Counted from the first letter of the stretch, positions 19,320 to 29,721 are shown. The stretch is DNA of 64,000 nt from an uncultured Eubacteriales bacterium (GCA_949451655.1 CASTST010000001.1:1981-65980); one strand, 5' to 3'. The notes: generated from the sequence alone by a model not told the origin. Numbers and translations: made by a program.

Positions 19320-20159
19320 GTGCGCAATTTTCTAAAAACCAGATTTTTTATTGTCATCGTTTTGGTAACGCTTGTGCTCACCATTGTTCCCACCGTACTC
19401 AGCGCCATGGGACTTCATTCCGTTGTTAAAGATGCCGCAATGTCTCTTCTGACTCCCATACAGGGACTGTTCACCGCCGCCACAAATGCGGTGGAAGGGT
19501 TCACCTCATATTTTACAGAATTTGACCGGATTGTGGAAGAAAACAACGAGCTGCGCTCTCAGATTGACGCTCTCCAGGATGAAATTTACAAATCCCAGGA
19601 GCTTTCCCAGATGAACGAGTGGCTATACGACTATCTGGAACTGAAACGGGAACGGACAGATTTCAAATTTGAAAGTGCAGGCGTTACCGGCAGAGAAAGC
19701 GGAAACTATATGACCGTGTACACGCTGGACAAGGGAACCTCCCACGGCGTGCAGAAAAATATGCCGATTATCAGCAGCAAGGGAATTGTAGGATATGTAA
19801 CGGAAGCCGGCGTTGGCTGGTCCAAAGCGGTAACCATTTTGGAATCGGGGCAGGCGATTGGCGCATATGTGGAGCGCAGCGGCGCAGTAGGCGTTGTGGA
19901 AGGAGATTTTTCTCTTGCATCCGAGGGACTGTGCAAGCTGTCCTATCTCGGAGCAGACGCAGATGTGGAAGTCGGCGACCGGATTCTCTCCAGCGGATAC
20001 GGCAGCGTATATCCCCGCGCTCTTGTAATCGGATACGTCAAGGAAATTGAAAAAGATCCATACAGCCAAGCCCTCAATGTGTACATCCAGCCGGCGGCGT
20101 CCTTGTCCGACGAAGACCGGTTTATGATTATAACAGAATATGACGCCTACACAGAATAA
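19320..20159 (+). CDS. mreC: Rod shape-determining protein MreC
   Basis: GTG start with AAAGGAGAG upstream. N-terminal TM segment, a coiled coil and an MreC beta-domain. Positioned after mreB. Confidence 0.88.
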   Translation: MRNFLKTRFFIVIVLVTLVLTIVPTVLSAMGLHSVVKDAAMSLLTPIQGLFTAATNAVEGFTSYFTEFDRIVEENNELRSQIDALQDEIYKSQELSQMNEWLYDYLELKRERTDFKFESAGVTGRESGNYMTVYTLDKGTSHGVQKNMPIISSKGIVGYVTEAGVGWSKAVTILESGQAIGAYVERSGAVGVVEGDFSLASEGLCKLSYLGADADVEVGDRILSSGYGSVYPRALVIGYVKEIEKDPYSQALNVYIQPAASLSDEDRFMIITEYDAYTE

Positions 20160-20916
20160 CGGCGGAAGAAAAGGCGCTCCGCCCCGGAGAAACGGACAAG
20201 GAATCCCCGGGAAGGGACAGCGGACAGTGCCTGCAAGACCCCAGAATCGCCCGGTTCCCATGCAAAACAGGCAGCCCCGCCCCGGTCAGTCTCAGCGCAG
20301 ACGAAAACCGGCGCCCCCGCCTACACTTGGGCAAGCGCTTGCAGCGGAACTGAAAGATATTCTGCAAAAGCTCTGGTATTACATTTATGAAAACGTAGAA
20401 AGCATTTTGAAAGGCATTGTCTGCGGGCTGTATCTTGTGCTGTTACTGATGCTGCAAACCACCTTTTTCGTAGAATTTGCGCCGTTCGGCGCCGTGCCGG
20501 ATCTGCTTCTTTCCCTGACCGTGGCAATTGCCGTATCGGAAGGAGAAAAATGGGGAGCAGTATTCGGATTGATCGCCGCATCTCTTTCCCATATTGCAGG
20601 CGGCGCACCCGGACCGGTTCTGCTTCCTCTGCTGTATATGCCCGCGGGGTATTTCTGCGGAATCTGCGCAAAGGAATATCTGAGCGATTCCATCCCTGTG
20701 CGGGGAATCTACATTGCCGTCAGCGGCGCAGGACGGGGAATCATCACGGCAATTAGTGCCGCATGCATTCTGACTGCAAACCCGGCAGAAATTTTTCTGG
20801 ACATTGTCGTTCCGGAATTTTTCTCCACAGCCCTTATGGCGCCTGGCATTTATGGATTGATTTATCTTTCCATGAAGCCGTTCCACAAGTCTCGCGCGGA
20901 ACGGACGGAAAATTGA
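20140..20916 (+). CDS. mreD: Rod shape-determining protein MreD with a basic Pro/Gln/Arg-rich N-terminal extension
   Basis: The C-terminal ~170 aa are polytopic and MreD-like (PDLLLSLTVAIAV...). Positioned after mreC, overlapping it by 20 nt. The start is uncertain. Confidence 0.7.
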   Translation: MTPTQNNGGRKGAPPRRNGQGIPGKGQRTVPARPQNRPVPMQNRQPRPGQSQRRRKPAPPPTLGQALAAELKDILQKLWYYIYENVESILKGIVCGLYLVLLLMLQTTFFVEFAPFGAVPDLLLSLTVAIAVSEGEKWGAVFGLIAASLSHIAGGAPGPVLLPLLYMPAGYFCGICAKEYLSDSIPVRGIYIAVSGAGRGIITAISAACILTANPAEIFLDIVVPEFFSTALMAPGIYGLIYLSMKPFHKSRAERTEN

Positions 20917-20935
20917 AAGGCTGTACGGAGTAAGT

Positions 20936-21250
20936 AAGGCTTCCAACAAAGGGAGCACGAAGCATAAACTATACAAAAGGCTCCCTTGTGAGGATCTTCT
21001 ATGCAGTTTCGAGCGGGTGCCGATGCAAGCACTCACCAAACTAAAGCCCCCCTTGTGCAAAGGGGGGTGCCGATGCAATCGGCGGGGGGATTGTTTCGGT
21101 AGATTGCCGATTTATAGATTATTCAAAATGATAGTTTTACAATCCCTCAGTCACGGCTTTGCCGTGACAGCTCCCTTTACACAAGGGAGCCTTATGGAGG
21201 GAGTATGCGACGGCTCCCTATAGAGCCACGCAGTGAATCACAAGGGAACC
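20936..21250 (+). repeat. Mosaic hairpin-repeat array R9 (1 unit)
   Basis: Core at 21087-21146 (F). Arms are GCCGAT-GCA-ATCGGC and GTCACGGC-TTT-GCCGTGAC. Confidence 0.9.
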
Positions 21251-21287
21251 TTACAAAATTCTACAAATTTAAACTAAGGAGGTTTTT

Positions 21288-23405
21288 ATGAGCAAAAGAG
21301 AACATCTGGCAAGATACATATGCCTTGCCGCATTCTTTATTGTCGTCTGCCTGATTTTCATCGCCCGCCTAGTCAGTATACAAATCGCAGGGCAGGACTA
21401 TTATACAGAAACCTCCGGACCCAAAACCTATACCCGCAAGGAGATCATCCAGGCACAGCGGGGCAATATTTATGACTGCAACGGAACCGCATTGATCTCG
21501 AACGTGTTTTCCTATAATCTCTATCTGGATGCAGGCAGTCTGCCCCGTTCGGCGGCAGAACGCAATGAGATCCTGCTCCGTATTGTGCAAACTGCCCGGG
21601 ATAACGGTAGCGGAGACGCATTCACCATGCCGGATAATCCGTTCACCGTGGACGGTGATGTCGTATCCTTGGATAGCGAATTTATGAAAACCGTCTACGG
21701 CAAACGGCTGACAAAGCTGATTACCGATCTGAATTTCCCACCGGAAGATGACGGCTCCTGGGATGAGGAGGATCTTGCCGGCGCATATGAAGCGCTGCTG
21801 CTCCGATACGGTATTATCAACATCGAAGACAAAAAAACCATAGAAAATTATAACTCCGGGGACGCGGCGCTCCTGTTTTCCCTGCGTCTGGATATGGAAC
21901 TGAACAATTTTTCCGCCACAGAACCTTATACCATTTTGACAGATATCCCTGTGGAACTGATCAGCCGGATTCTGGAGGGCTCCACCAGAGGCATCCGGGT
22001 ATATAACGAATCCAAACGGATTTATCACTTTCCCGGTACCGCTTCCCATATTCTGGGGCGCGTAGGCAGAATTACCGCGGAAAACGCGGAGTATTACAAA
22101 GAGCTGGGCTATTCTATGGATGCAACCGTCGGCGTGGACGGTGCGGAAAAAGCCTTTGAAGAATATCTCCACGGGGTGGACGGCGAACTGACCGTTGTGG
22201 AAGACGGCTACGGAAATATACTGGAACAGTATGTGAGCCGGGAACCGGTGGCTGGACAGCATGTGTACCTCACTATTGACATCGAACTGCAAAAGGCGGC
22301 GGAAAAAGCCCTGGCGGACAACATCGCCCTGATCGCGGCAAAGGGCGCCGCGTCCGGCACACCCAATTCCGGTGAAGACGCCAACGCGGGCGCGCTGACC
22401 GCAGTGGACGCTAAAACCGGTGCGGTGCTGGCGCTGGCTTCCTGTCCTACCTTTGACCTTTCCACCTTTTCTGACACCTATAAGGATCTGATAGAGGATG
22501 AAAACGCACCCCTGTTCAACCGAGCATTGGAAGGCACCTACGCCCCCGGTTCTACCTTTAAACCCGGCGTAGCGGCGGCGGCGCTTCAGGAAGGCATCAT
22601 CACCCCGCAGACAGAAATTCAAGACCAGGGGCAGTATAAATTCTATACAGACTACCAGCCAAAATGCTGGATATATGCACCGAAATACGGTCACCGTACC
22701 CACGGTTATGTCAATGTGTCTGAAGCAATTCAAGTATCCTGCAACTACTTCTTCTATGAAATTGGCAGACAGCTTACTATTACTAAAATCGACACATACT
22801 GCGAAAAATACGGACTGGGACAGCCTACCGGCATCGAGCTAAGTGAAAAAACCGGTATCCTTGCGGGACCAAAATACAGAGAAGCAAACGGAAAAATCTG
22901 GTACGATGGTGACACACTTCAGGCGGCAATCGGTCAGTCCGACCACCTGTTTACCCCCCTGCAGATCAGTATGTACCTGTCTACCCTGCTGGGCGGCGGA
23001 AACCGGATGAGTGCCCATATTTTAAAGGAAACAAAGGACTATTTCGGCAATACCCTGTATACGGCAGAGCCGAAAGTCATTGATTCCATCCACTTGGATG
23101 AGACTGTTGTGCAAACTGTGCGCTACGCCATGAAGGATGTTACGGAAAACGGCTCCGCAGCCCGGGTATTTGTCAACTACCCCATTGCAATCGGCGGAAA
23201 AACCGGTACCGCACAGGTGTCGGATACCTCTTCCGACAACGCGACCTTTATTGCTTTTGCTCCCTTTGACGATCCCAGTATTGTCGCTACCTGCGTCATC
23301 GAACACGGTGCAACCGGAACGGATGCGGGCTTTGCTGTGCGGGATTTATTCAACGCATACTTTTTCCCGGCGGATAGCGGGACAGGAGATGGAGATACAC
23401 AATGA
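21288..23405 (+). CDS. mrdA: Penicillin-binding protein 2 (peptidoglycan D,D-transpeptidase)
   Basis: 705-aa ORF with AAGGAGG RBS, an N-terminal TM segment, and STFK and KTGTA transpeptidase motifs. Follows mreBCD. Confidence 0.9.
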   Translation: MSKREHLARYICLAAFFIVVCLIFIARLVSIQIAGQDYYTETSGPKTYTRKEIIQAQRGNIYDCNGTALISNVFSYNLYLDAGSLPRSAAERNEILLRIVQTARDNGSGDAFTMPDNPFTVDGDVVSLDSEFMKTVYGKRLTKLITDLNFPPEDDGSWDEEDLAGAYEALLLRYGIINIEDKKTIENYNSGDAALLFSLRLDMELNNFSATEPYTILTDIPVELISRILEGSTRGIRVYNESKRIYHFPGTASHILGRVGRITAENAEYYKELGYSMDATVGVDGAEKAFEEYLHGVDGELTVVEDGYGNILEQYVSREPVAGQHVYLTIDIELQKAAEKALADNIALIAAKGAASGTPNSGEDANAGALTAVDAKTGAVLALASCPTFDLSTFSDTYKDLIEDENAPLFNRALEGTYAPGSTFKPGVAAAALQEGIITPQTEIQDQGQYKFYTDYQPKCWIYAPKYGHRTHGYVNVSEAIQVSCNYFFYEIGRQLTITKIDTYCEKYGLGQPTGIELSEKTGILAGPKYREANGKIWYDGDTLQAAIGQSDHLFTPLQISMYLSTLLGGGNRMSAHILKETKDYFGNTLYTAEPKVIDSIHLDETVVQTVRYAMKDVTENGSAARVFVNYPIAIGGKTGTAQVSDTSSDNATFIAFAPFDDPSIVATCVIEHGATGTDAGFAVRDLFNAYFFPADSGTGDGDTQ

Positions 23406-24070
23406 TGAAAGAATCCAAACAGGCTGCCCGGCGCAGGGCGGCGGAAATCACGGAATTGCTTCGGCAGCGGTATCCGGACGCGGCATGTTCTCTGGACGCC
23501 GGCGAGGATCCCTGGCGGCTGCTGGTTATGGCGCGCCTGTCCGCCCAGTGTACGGATGAGCGGGTAAATATTGTAAGCGAAGGTTTGTTTGCGGCGCTGC
23601 CAACACCCCAGGCAATGGCGGACGCACCGCTGGAACAGATCGAGGGATTGATCAAATCCTGCGGGCTGTACCGGGGCAAGGCAAAAAGCATCCGGGACGC
23701 ATCCAGAATTCTGTGCGAGCAGTACGGCGGGCAGGTTCCCGATACCATGGAAGCCCTGCTGTCTCTCCCTGGCGTGGGGCGGAAAATCGCCAATTTGATT
23801 TTGGGAGACGTGTACGGGAAAGGCGGCATTGTGGCGGATACCCACTGTATGCGCATTTGCGGACGGCTGGGATTTTATCCGGCTGACCGGAAAAATCCCC
23901 TGCTGACAGAAAAAGTCATGTCCGAGCTTGTGGAGACAGAAGAGCAAAGTGCATTCTGCCACCGGCTGGTCCTGTTCGGAAGGGACGTGTGTACCGCCCG
24001 TTCCCCGAAATGCGGGGAATGTCCCTTGCGGCAGCTTTGTAAACATACACCTGATAAAACAGAAGAATAA
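23402..24070 (+). CDS. nth: Endonuclease III
   Basis: 222-aa ORF with an HhH-GPD region (LPGVGRKIANLIL) and a C-terminal 4Cys cluster (CTARSPKCGECPLRQLC). ATGA overlap with the PBP2 gene. Confidence 0.92.
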   Translation: MMKESKQAARRRAAEITELLRQRYPDAACSLDAGEDPWRLLVMARLSAQCTDERVNIVSEGLFAALPTPQAMADAPLEQIEGLIKSCGLYRGKAKSIRDASRILCEQYGGQVPDTMEALLSLPGVGRKIANLILGDVYGKGGIVADTHCMRICGRLGFYPADRKNPLLTEKVMSELVETEEQSAFCHRLVLFGRDVCTARSPKCGECPLRQLCKHTPDKTEE

Positions 24071-24084
24071 AAAAGGAGCACACA

Positions 24085-25101
24085 TTGAAAAAAGAAAAAA
24101 ATTGCCGGCTGGGCAAGGTTGGCGGACAAGCCGTTCTGGAAGGCGTAATGATGAAAAGCGGAGACAATGTGGCGCTTGCAGTCCGCAAGGAAGACGGAAC
24201 GATTGCACTGAAGAAAAGCACCTTCGTTTCCGCAAGAAAGAAAAATAAATTCTGGAACATCCCCTTAATTCGGGGCTGTGTAAACATGGTGGAAATGATG
24301 CGGCTGAGTTTTTCCACCTTAAACGACAGCGCGCAAATGCTGGGAATCGACGACACCCAGCCGGAAACCAAATTTGAAAAATGGCTGGATAAAAAATTCG
24401 GCGACAAGCTGATGAATGTGGTCATGACCATCGGCATGGTGCTGGGAATCATTCTCAGCGTGGGACTTTTCATGATTCTGCCAAACGTTGCCACCATGGG
24501 GCTGAACAAGCTGGTCACCTCCGGCGGCGGCACCCTGCCCAGCTTTGTACAAAATCTGATATCCGGCTTGCTCCGCATCCTGATTTTTATTGTGTATCTG
24601 CTCCTGGTTTCTATGATGAAGGATATCCGGCGCACCTTTGAATACCATGGGGCAGAGCATAAATCCGTAGCATGCTATGAAGCGGGACTGGAGCTGACCC
24701 CGGAAAACGCAGCAAAATGCACCCGTTTCCACCCCCGCTGCGGTACAAGCTTTATCTTTGTCATTTTGATTATTTCCATATTGGTCACCAGTTTTATCAA
24801 CTGGAACACCTGGCCCCAGTGGGCAATCATCGGTACAAAGCTGCTGATGCTGCCGGTCATTGTGGGCATCGGTTTCGAATTTCTCATGTTCGCCGGCAAG
24901 CATCCTAATCCCGTCACCCGGGTCTTGTCCGCGCCGGGTCTGTGGATGCAGCGGATCACCACAAAGGAGCCGGACGCATCCCAACTGGAAGTTGCGATCA
25001 CCGCTTTGAAAAACGCCATGCCGAAGGAATTTCCCGAGATTCTGACAGAGGAAAATGAGCCGGAAGAATCCGGAGAAGCTACAGAAAATGACCCTGCATG
25101 A
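24085..25101 (+). CDS. DUF1385 (YqhQ-like) membrane protein
   Basis: TTG start after AAAAGGAG. GGQAVLEGVMMKS and EYHGAEHK motifs are typical of DUF1385. Located upstream of prmC, as is common. Confidence 0.85.
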   Translation: MKKEKNCRLGKVGGQAVLEGVMMKSGDNVALAVRKEDGTIALKKSTFVSARKKNKFWNIPLIRGCVNMVEMMRLSFSTLNDSAQMLGIDDTQPETKFEKWLDKKFGDKLMNVVMTIGMVLGIILSVGLFMILPNVATMGLNKLVTSGGGTLPSFVQNLISGLLRILIFIVYLLLVSMMKDIRRTFEYHGAEHKSVACYEAGLELTPENAAKCTRFHPRCGTSFIFVILIISILVTSFINWNTWPQWAIIGTKLLMLPVIVGIGFEFLMFAGKHPNPVTRVLSAPGLWMQRITTKEPDASQLEVAITALKNAMPKEFPEILTEENEPEESGEATENDPA

Positions 25102-25891
25102 AATAACAGCGCGTCTGTCCGCCGCGGGTGTTGACAGTCCCCGGTTTGACGCGCTGGAACTGATTGTACATTTTGAAAAAATCAGCCGCGCGGCAGCGCT
25201 AACCGGCGGGAATTTTGAAAATCCGGATTTAGATCGTGCAGTGCAGCGGCGGTGCGAGCGTGAACCGCTTGCATATATTCTGGGTCAGTGGGATTTTATG
25301 GGACACACCTTTCGCCTGTCGCCGGAATGTCTCATTCCTCGCAGCGATACGGAGCTTCTCTGTTCCCTACTGATCCGTTCCCTCCCGGCAGGGGGGCGGT
25401 TCGCCGATTTATGTACCGGCAGCGGATGCATCGCCGTTTCCGCTCTGCTGGCGCGGGTGGATGCAGCGGGTGCGGCAGTGGAGCTGTATCCGGGTACTCT
25501 TACTGTAGCAGAAGAAAACGCCCGGCTCCACGGTGTGCAGGATCGGCTTGCACTGATCTACGCAGACATTCGCACATGGGAGCCGGAAGGCACCTTTGAC
25601 TGGATCGTTTCCAATCCCCCGTACGTGACAATGGAAGAAATGGAGTCCATTTCCCCGGAGGTATCGCTGGAGCCTGCCCGCGCTCTTACAGATGGCGGAG
25701 ACGGGCTGACCTTCTATCGGTGCATTTTTGACCGATATCCGAAATATCTGCGGGACGGCGGCGCCATTGCGGTGGAAATCGGCTGGCAGCAGGCAGACGC
25801 AGTCTGCGAAATCGCACGCGCCGCTGGAATGGAACCGACTGTGCTGCAGGATCTGGAAGGCAGGGACCGGGTTGTGTGTGCGAGAAAGTAA
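25088..25891 (+). CDS. prmC: Release factor glutamine methyltransferase
   Basis: Inner ATG (MTLHEITARL...) of ORF 25055..25891. NPPY motif (VSNPPYV) and SAM-binding motifs. Confidence 0.88.
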   Translation: MTLHEITARLSAAGVDSPRFDALELIVHFEKISRAAALTGGNFENPDLDRAVQRRCEREPLAYILGQWDFMGHTFRLSPECLIPRSDTELLCSLLIRSLPAGGRFADLCTGSGCIAVSALLARVDAAGAAVELYPGTLTVAEENARLHGVQDRLALIYADIRTWEPEGTFDWIVSNPPYVTMEEMESISPEVSLEPARALTDGGDGLTFYRCIFDRYPKYLRDGGAIAVEIGWQQADAVCEIARAAGMEPTVLQDLEGRDRVVCARK

Positions 25892-25950
25892 GTGTAAACT
25901 GAATAACTCCAGTAAAAGGAGATGCGCACAAAACTATTTTATTTACAAAG

Positions 25951-26203
25951 TTTCCCCTAGTAAAGGAAAGCGCACAGCGCAACTCCCCACTTAATAAAAA
26001 CCTCCCCCCAGCAAAGGAAGGCGAGTTTTGTGCAACTCCCTACTTAATAAAAGCCTCCCTTGTGCAAAGGGAGGTGGCACGGCGGAGCCGTGACGGAGGG
26101 ATTGTTTAAATAAACTGTCGATTTGCAGATTATTTAAAATGATAGAAGGGACAATCCCTCAGTCACAGCTTTGCTGTGACAGCTCCCTTTGCTGGGGGGA
26201 GCC
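25951..26203 (+). repeat. Mosaic hairpin-repeat array R10 (1 unit)
   Basis: Core at 26098-26158 (F). Arms are GGCACGGC-GGAG-CCGTGAC and GTCACAGC-TTT-GCTGTGAC. The terminal hairpin is of the TTTGCTG-loop type. Confidence 0.9.
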
Positions 26204-26259
26204 TCAAGTAAGCATTGCGCGTCTTACCCCGTTTTACATAGTTTCATTAAGGAGAGCAT

Positions 26260-27786
26260 ATGGAGAACAGAATCATTCAAATAACAGACACCTCCATGCG
26301 CGATGGAGAGCAAACCCCGGGCGTTCGTCTGGGCGTGCAGCAAAAGGTGGAATTTGCCCGTCAACTGGAACGGCTGGGCGTAGATGTAATCGAAGCAGGA
26401 TTTCCTGCCTCCTCTCCGGGAGATTTTCAGGCTGTTCAATCTGTGGCACAGACTGTATCAAACTGCACAGTCCAGGCGCTTTGCCGCGCAGTGCGAAGCG
26501 ATATTGACACCGCCCTCCTTGCCCTGCGGGATGCAAAAAAGCCCTGTATACATATTTTTCTTGCATCCAGCCCCCTCCATCTCCAGTATAAATTAAAAAT
26601 CACAGAAGAAGAAGCCCTCGCCGCCGTAGCGGACACCGTGGCATATGCGAAAAAATCCTGCCCCTGCATCCAATTTTCCCCCGAGGACGCCACCCGCAGC
26701 GACTTTGATTTCCTTTGCCGTATGATTGAAACGGCTCTGTCTGCCGGCGCAGACGGGATCAACATTCCCGACACAGTAGGCTACACCACCCCGGAGGAAT
26801 TTTCTGATCTGATCCGCCGACTCCATGAGCGGATCCCTGCCCTGTCCGATGCAATTGTCAGCGTGCACTGTCACGATGATCTGGGACTTGCCGTTGCCAA
26901 CAGCCTTGCAGCAGTAGGCGCAGGTGCGGCACGGGTGGAATGCACCGTCAACGGATTGGGCGAACGTGCCGGCAACGCGGCACTGGAAGAAATTGTAATG
27001 GCGCTCCATGTACGCAAGGATATTTTACACGCCTGCACAAACGTAAACACCCGGGAATTGGTGCGCACCAGCCGAATGGCAGCGTCTCTCACTGCCGTTG
27101 CCGTACCGCCGGGGAAATCCATTGTGGGACAAAACGCCTTTTCCCACGAATCGGGGATTCATCAACACGGGGTGCTTGCAAATCGGGAAACCTATGAAAT
27201 CATGCGCCCAGCCGATATCGGGCTGGATAAAAACACGCTGATTCTTGGAAAACTCAGCGGCAGACACGCCTTTTCACAGCGGCTGGAGCAGCTTGGCTAC
27301 GCGTTGGATGATAAGGGAATTGACGCGGCTTTTCACCGGTTCAAGGAAATTGCAGATAAAAAAACAGCCGTAACCGATGAGGATATCGGCGCAATCGTAA
27401 ACGAATATCTGGACGGACTCCACGGCAAATATTGGCTGGACTCCTTCCAGATTCAGTCCGGCAACCATATCAAAGCAATGGCGCTCCTTTCCCTGCGGGA
27501 CGGAGATGAAGTCTTTACGGAAGCCGCTCCGGGAGACGGACCCATCAACGCGGCATTCAACGCCATCGACCGGATCGCCGGGCGGGATGATATTGTGCTG
27601 GAAAGCTATTCCATCCGGGCGGTCACCGAAGGAACCGATGCGCTCGGTGAAGCACGGGTAAAAATATCCGCCGGCGGCGCGTCCTTTTCCGGGCGGGGCG
27701 TTTCTACAGATATTATCAAAGCAAGTATTAAAGCATATATCAATGCAGTCAACAAATGTGTGGCTGCCCAGGCAGAGGAAGGCTGA
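26260..27786 (+). CDS. leuA: 2-isopropylmalate synthase
   Basis: 508-aa ORF with AAGGAGAG RBS. ITDTSMRDGEQTPG and HCHDDLGLA motifs plus a LeuA dimerisation region. Confidence 0.9.
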   Translation: MENRIIQITDTSMRDGEQTPGVRLGVQQKVEFARQLERLGVDVIEAGFPASSPGDFQAVQSVAQTVSNCTVQALCRAVRSDIDTALLALRDAKKPCIHIFLASSPLHLQYKLKITEEEALAAVADTVAYAKKSCPCIQFSPEDATRSDFDFLCRMIETALSAGADGINIPDTVGYTTPEEFSDLIRRLHERIPALSDAIVSVHCHDDLGLAVANSLAAVGAGAARVECTVNGLGERAGNAALEEIVMALHVRKDILHACTNVNTRELVRTSRMAASLTAVAVPPGKSIVGQNAFSHESGIHQHGVLANRETYEIMRPADIGLDKNTLILGKLSGRHAFSQRLEQLGYALDDKGIDAAFHRFKEIADKKTAVTDEDIGAIVNEYLDGLHGKYWLDSFQIQSGNHIKAMALLSLRDGDEVFTEAAPGDGPINAAFNAIDRIAGRDDIVLESYSIRAVTEGTDALGEARVKISAGGASFSGRGVSTDIIKASIKAYINAVNKCVAAQAEEG

Positions 27787-27791
27787 AATCC

Positions 27792-29390
27792 ATGAAACTG
27801 GAAATATATGATTCTACCCTGCGGGAAGGGGAACAAAGCGCCACCGTCACCTTCACCTGGGAGGACAGACTTAAAATTATAAAGGAATTGGATCGGCTGG
27901 GCGTATCCTGCATTGAAACGGGAATGCTTACCTGTAAGCAGGATCTGGAATGGATTCGGCTGGCAGCCGCGCTGGAGCTGACAAACGCGTCCCTGTCCGT
28001 ATTCGGTGCAACCCGCCATGCAGGGGAATGCGCCCGGGACAGTGAGCTGCTGCACCTGCTTGCAGATGCGCCTGTTTCCACAGCATGTATTTTCGGAAAA
28101 AGCTGGGGATATCAGGTAGAGAAAGTGCTGCGCACCACAAAGGAAGAAAATCTTTCTATGGTCCGGGATTCCATTGCCTATCTAAGGGATGCAGGCAAGC
28201 GAGTGATCTTTGATGCAGAACATTTTTTTGACGGGTATTCCGATGACGCGGACTATGCCATATCCGTTCTGCACACTGCATGGCAGGCAGGCGCGGATAC
28301 GGTAGTCCTTTGCGATACCAACGGCGGCATGCTGCCGGACGTGATCGGCATGGCTGCGTCTGCGGCAGTTACAGCCGCAAAAGAAGCATCCCGGAAAACA
28401 GGACGGGATTGCAAGGTAGGCATTCACTGTCATAACGACATGGGGATGGCGGAAGCATGCTCCGTCAGTGCGGTGCTCAGCGGAGCTGTGCACGTGCAGG
28501 GTACAATCTCGGGCATTGGAGAACGGTGCGGCAATGCAAATCTGAACACCCTGATTCCGGTGCTCCAATTAAAGCTGGGATTTGACTGTATCGGAGAAGG
28601 ACTAACGGGACTCACCGACACGGCACGCCGGATCAATGAGCTTGCCAACCGAACCTTTGACGAACGAGAGCCGTTTGTAGGGGGATATGCGTTCACCCAT
28701 AAGGCGGGAACGCATATTGACGGGGTGATCAAAGCGCCGCGTTCTTTTGAACACATCGTTCCGGAGTCTGTGGGAAATATGCGCAATGTAATCATCAGTT
28801 CCCTGTCCGGTCGCTCCGCTATGGTAGAAAAAATGGCGCGGATTCTTCCCCATCTGGATCGAGAAAGTCCGGAAGTGGCCGCTGCACTGGAAGCGGTGCG
28901 CAAAAAAGAACAGGACGGCTATTCCTATGACGATGCGGAAGCATCTCTTCTGCTGGTAATCCGGGAAGCGCTTGGCATGCGGCGGCAATATTTTAAGGTT
29001 CCCCATTTTAAAGTGATGACCGACGAAGGGGGCGAGGCAACCGACAGCCTGCGCTCCACCGCAATGATAAAAGTATCTGTAGGCGGTGCGGAAGAACTGT
29101 GCGCCGCGGAAGGAAACGGTCCCGTAAACGCCATGGATACTGCCCTGCGGCAAGCATTGGGACGGTTTTATCCCGCCATTGAAAAGATGCACCTGACCGA
29201 TTTTAAAGTGCGCGTGATCAGTGGAGGTACCACTGCCGCCGTGGTGCGGGTTGTGATTGAATCCACAGACGGCGTGGCAGTCTGGCGCACGGTAGGCGTT
29301 TCGCCGGATATTATCAGCGCAAGCTGGCAGGCCCTGCGGGATTCGGTAGAATATATGCTGGATCTCCGAAATGGGGAAAAAGAAGGATAA
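27792..29390 (+). CDS. cimA: Citramalate synthase
   Basis: Inner ATG (MKLEIYDSTLREGEQSATVTF...) of ORF 27756..29390. CimA-type length (~530 aa) and a HCHNDMGMA motif. Confidence 0.8.
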   Translation: MKLEIYDSTLREGEQSATVTFTWEDRLKIIKELDRLGVSCIETGMLTCKQDLEWIRLAAALELTNASLSVFGATRHAGECARDSELLHLLADAPVSTACIFGKSWGYQVEKVLRTTKEENLSMVRDSIAYLRDAGKRVIFDAEHFFDGYSDDADYAISVLHTAWQAGADTVVLCDTNGGMLPDVIGMAASAAVTAAKEASRKTGRDCKVGIHCHNDMGMAEACSVSAVLSGAVHVQGTISGIGERCGNANLNTLIPVLQLKLGFDCIGEGLTGLTDTARRINELANRTFDEREPFVGGYAFTHKAGTHIDGVIKAPRSFEHIVPESVGNMRNVIISSLSGRSAMVEKMARILPHLDRESPEVAAALEAVRKKEQDGYSYDDAEASLLLVIREALGMRRQYFKVPHFKVMTDEGGEATDSLRSTAMIKVSVGGAEELCAAEGNGPVNAMDTALRQALGRFYPAIEKMHLTDFKVRVISGGTTAAVVRVVIESTDGVAVWRTVGVSPDIISASWQALRDSVEYMLDLRNGEKEG

Positions 29391-29404
29391 ATTTGCAGGG
29401 ACGA

Positions 29405-29675
29405 AAAGGCTCTGTGCATAAATATTATAACGCTCCCTTTGCTGGGGAAAGCCTACAATCAAACTCAAAGCCTCCTTTGTGCAAAAGGAGGTGGCATACC
29501 GTAGGTATGACGGAGGAATTGTCTCGCACATGCTGCCGATTTGTAGATTATCCAAAATGATAGAATTACAATCCCCCCGACATGCCTTTCAGGCATGCCA
29601 CCCCCTCGGAACTGCGCAGCAGGTCCTCACATGGGGGGCTTTGGTGGGGAAGTAGGCTCCCTCTGCTGGGAAGCC
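29405..29675 (+). repeat. Mosaic hairpin-repeat array R11 (1 unit, left-type arms on both sides)
   Basis: Core at 29515-29575 (F). The right flank ACAATCCCCCCG-ACATGCC..GGCATG-..GGAACTGCGCAGCAGGTCC.. is the reverse complement of the arm type normally found on the left. Confidence 0.9.
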
Positions 29676-29721
29676 TTATAAAATTTATACAAACTGTTTA
29701 TATAACCAAGGAGCAACGATC

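Noticed and set aside
25892-26259. T-box or other riboswitch leaders upstream of leuA (25892-26259), cysE (51690-51763), CPBP-cysS (50421-50966), serS (55024-55063) and proBA (13630-13824).
   Set aside because: I could not find a T-box core such as GGTGGTACCGCG, a specifier/terminator arrangement or any other riboswitch signature. The long leaders are occupied by the mosaic repeat, and the others are too short.
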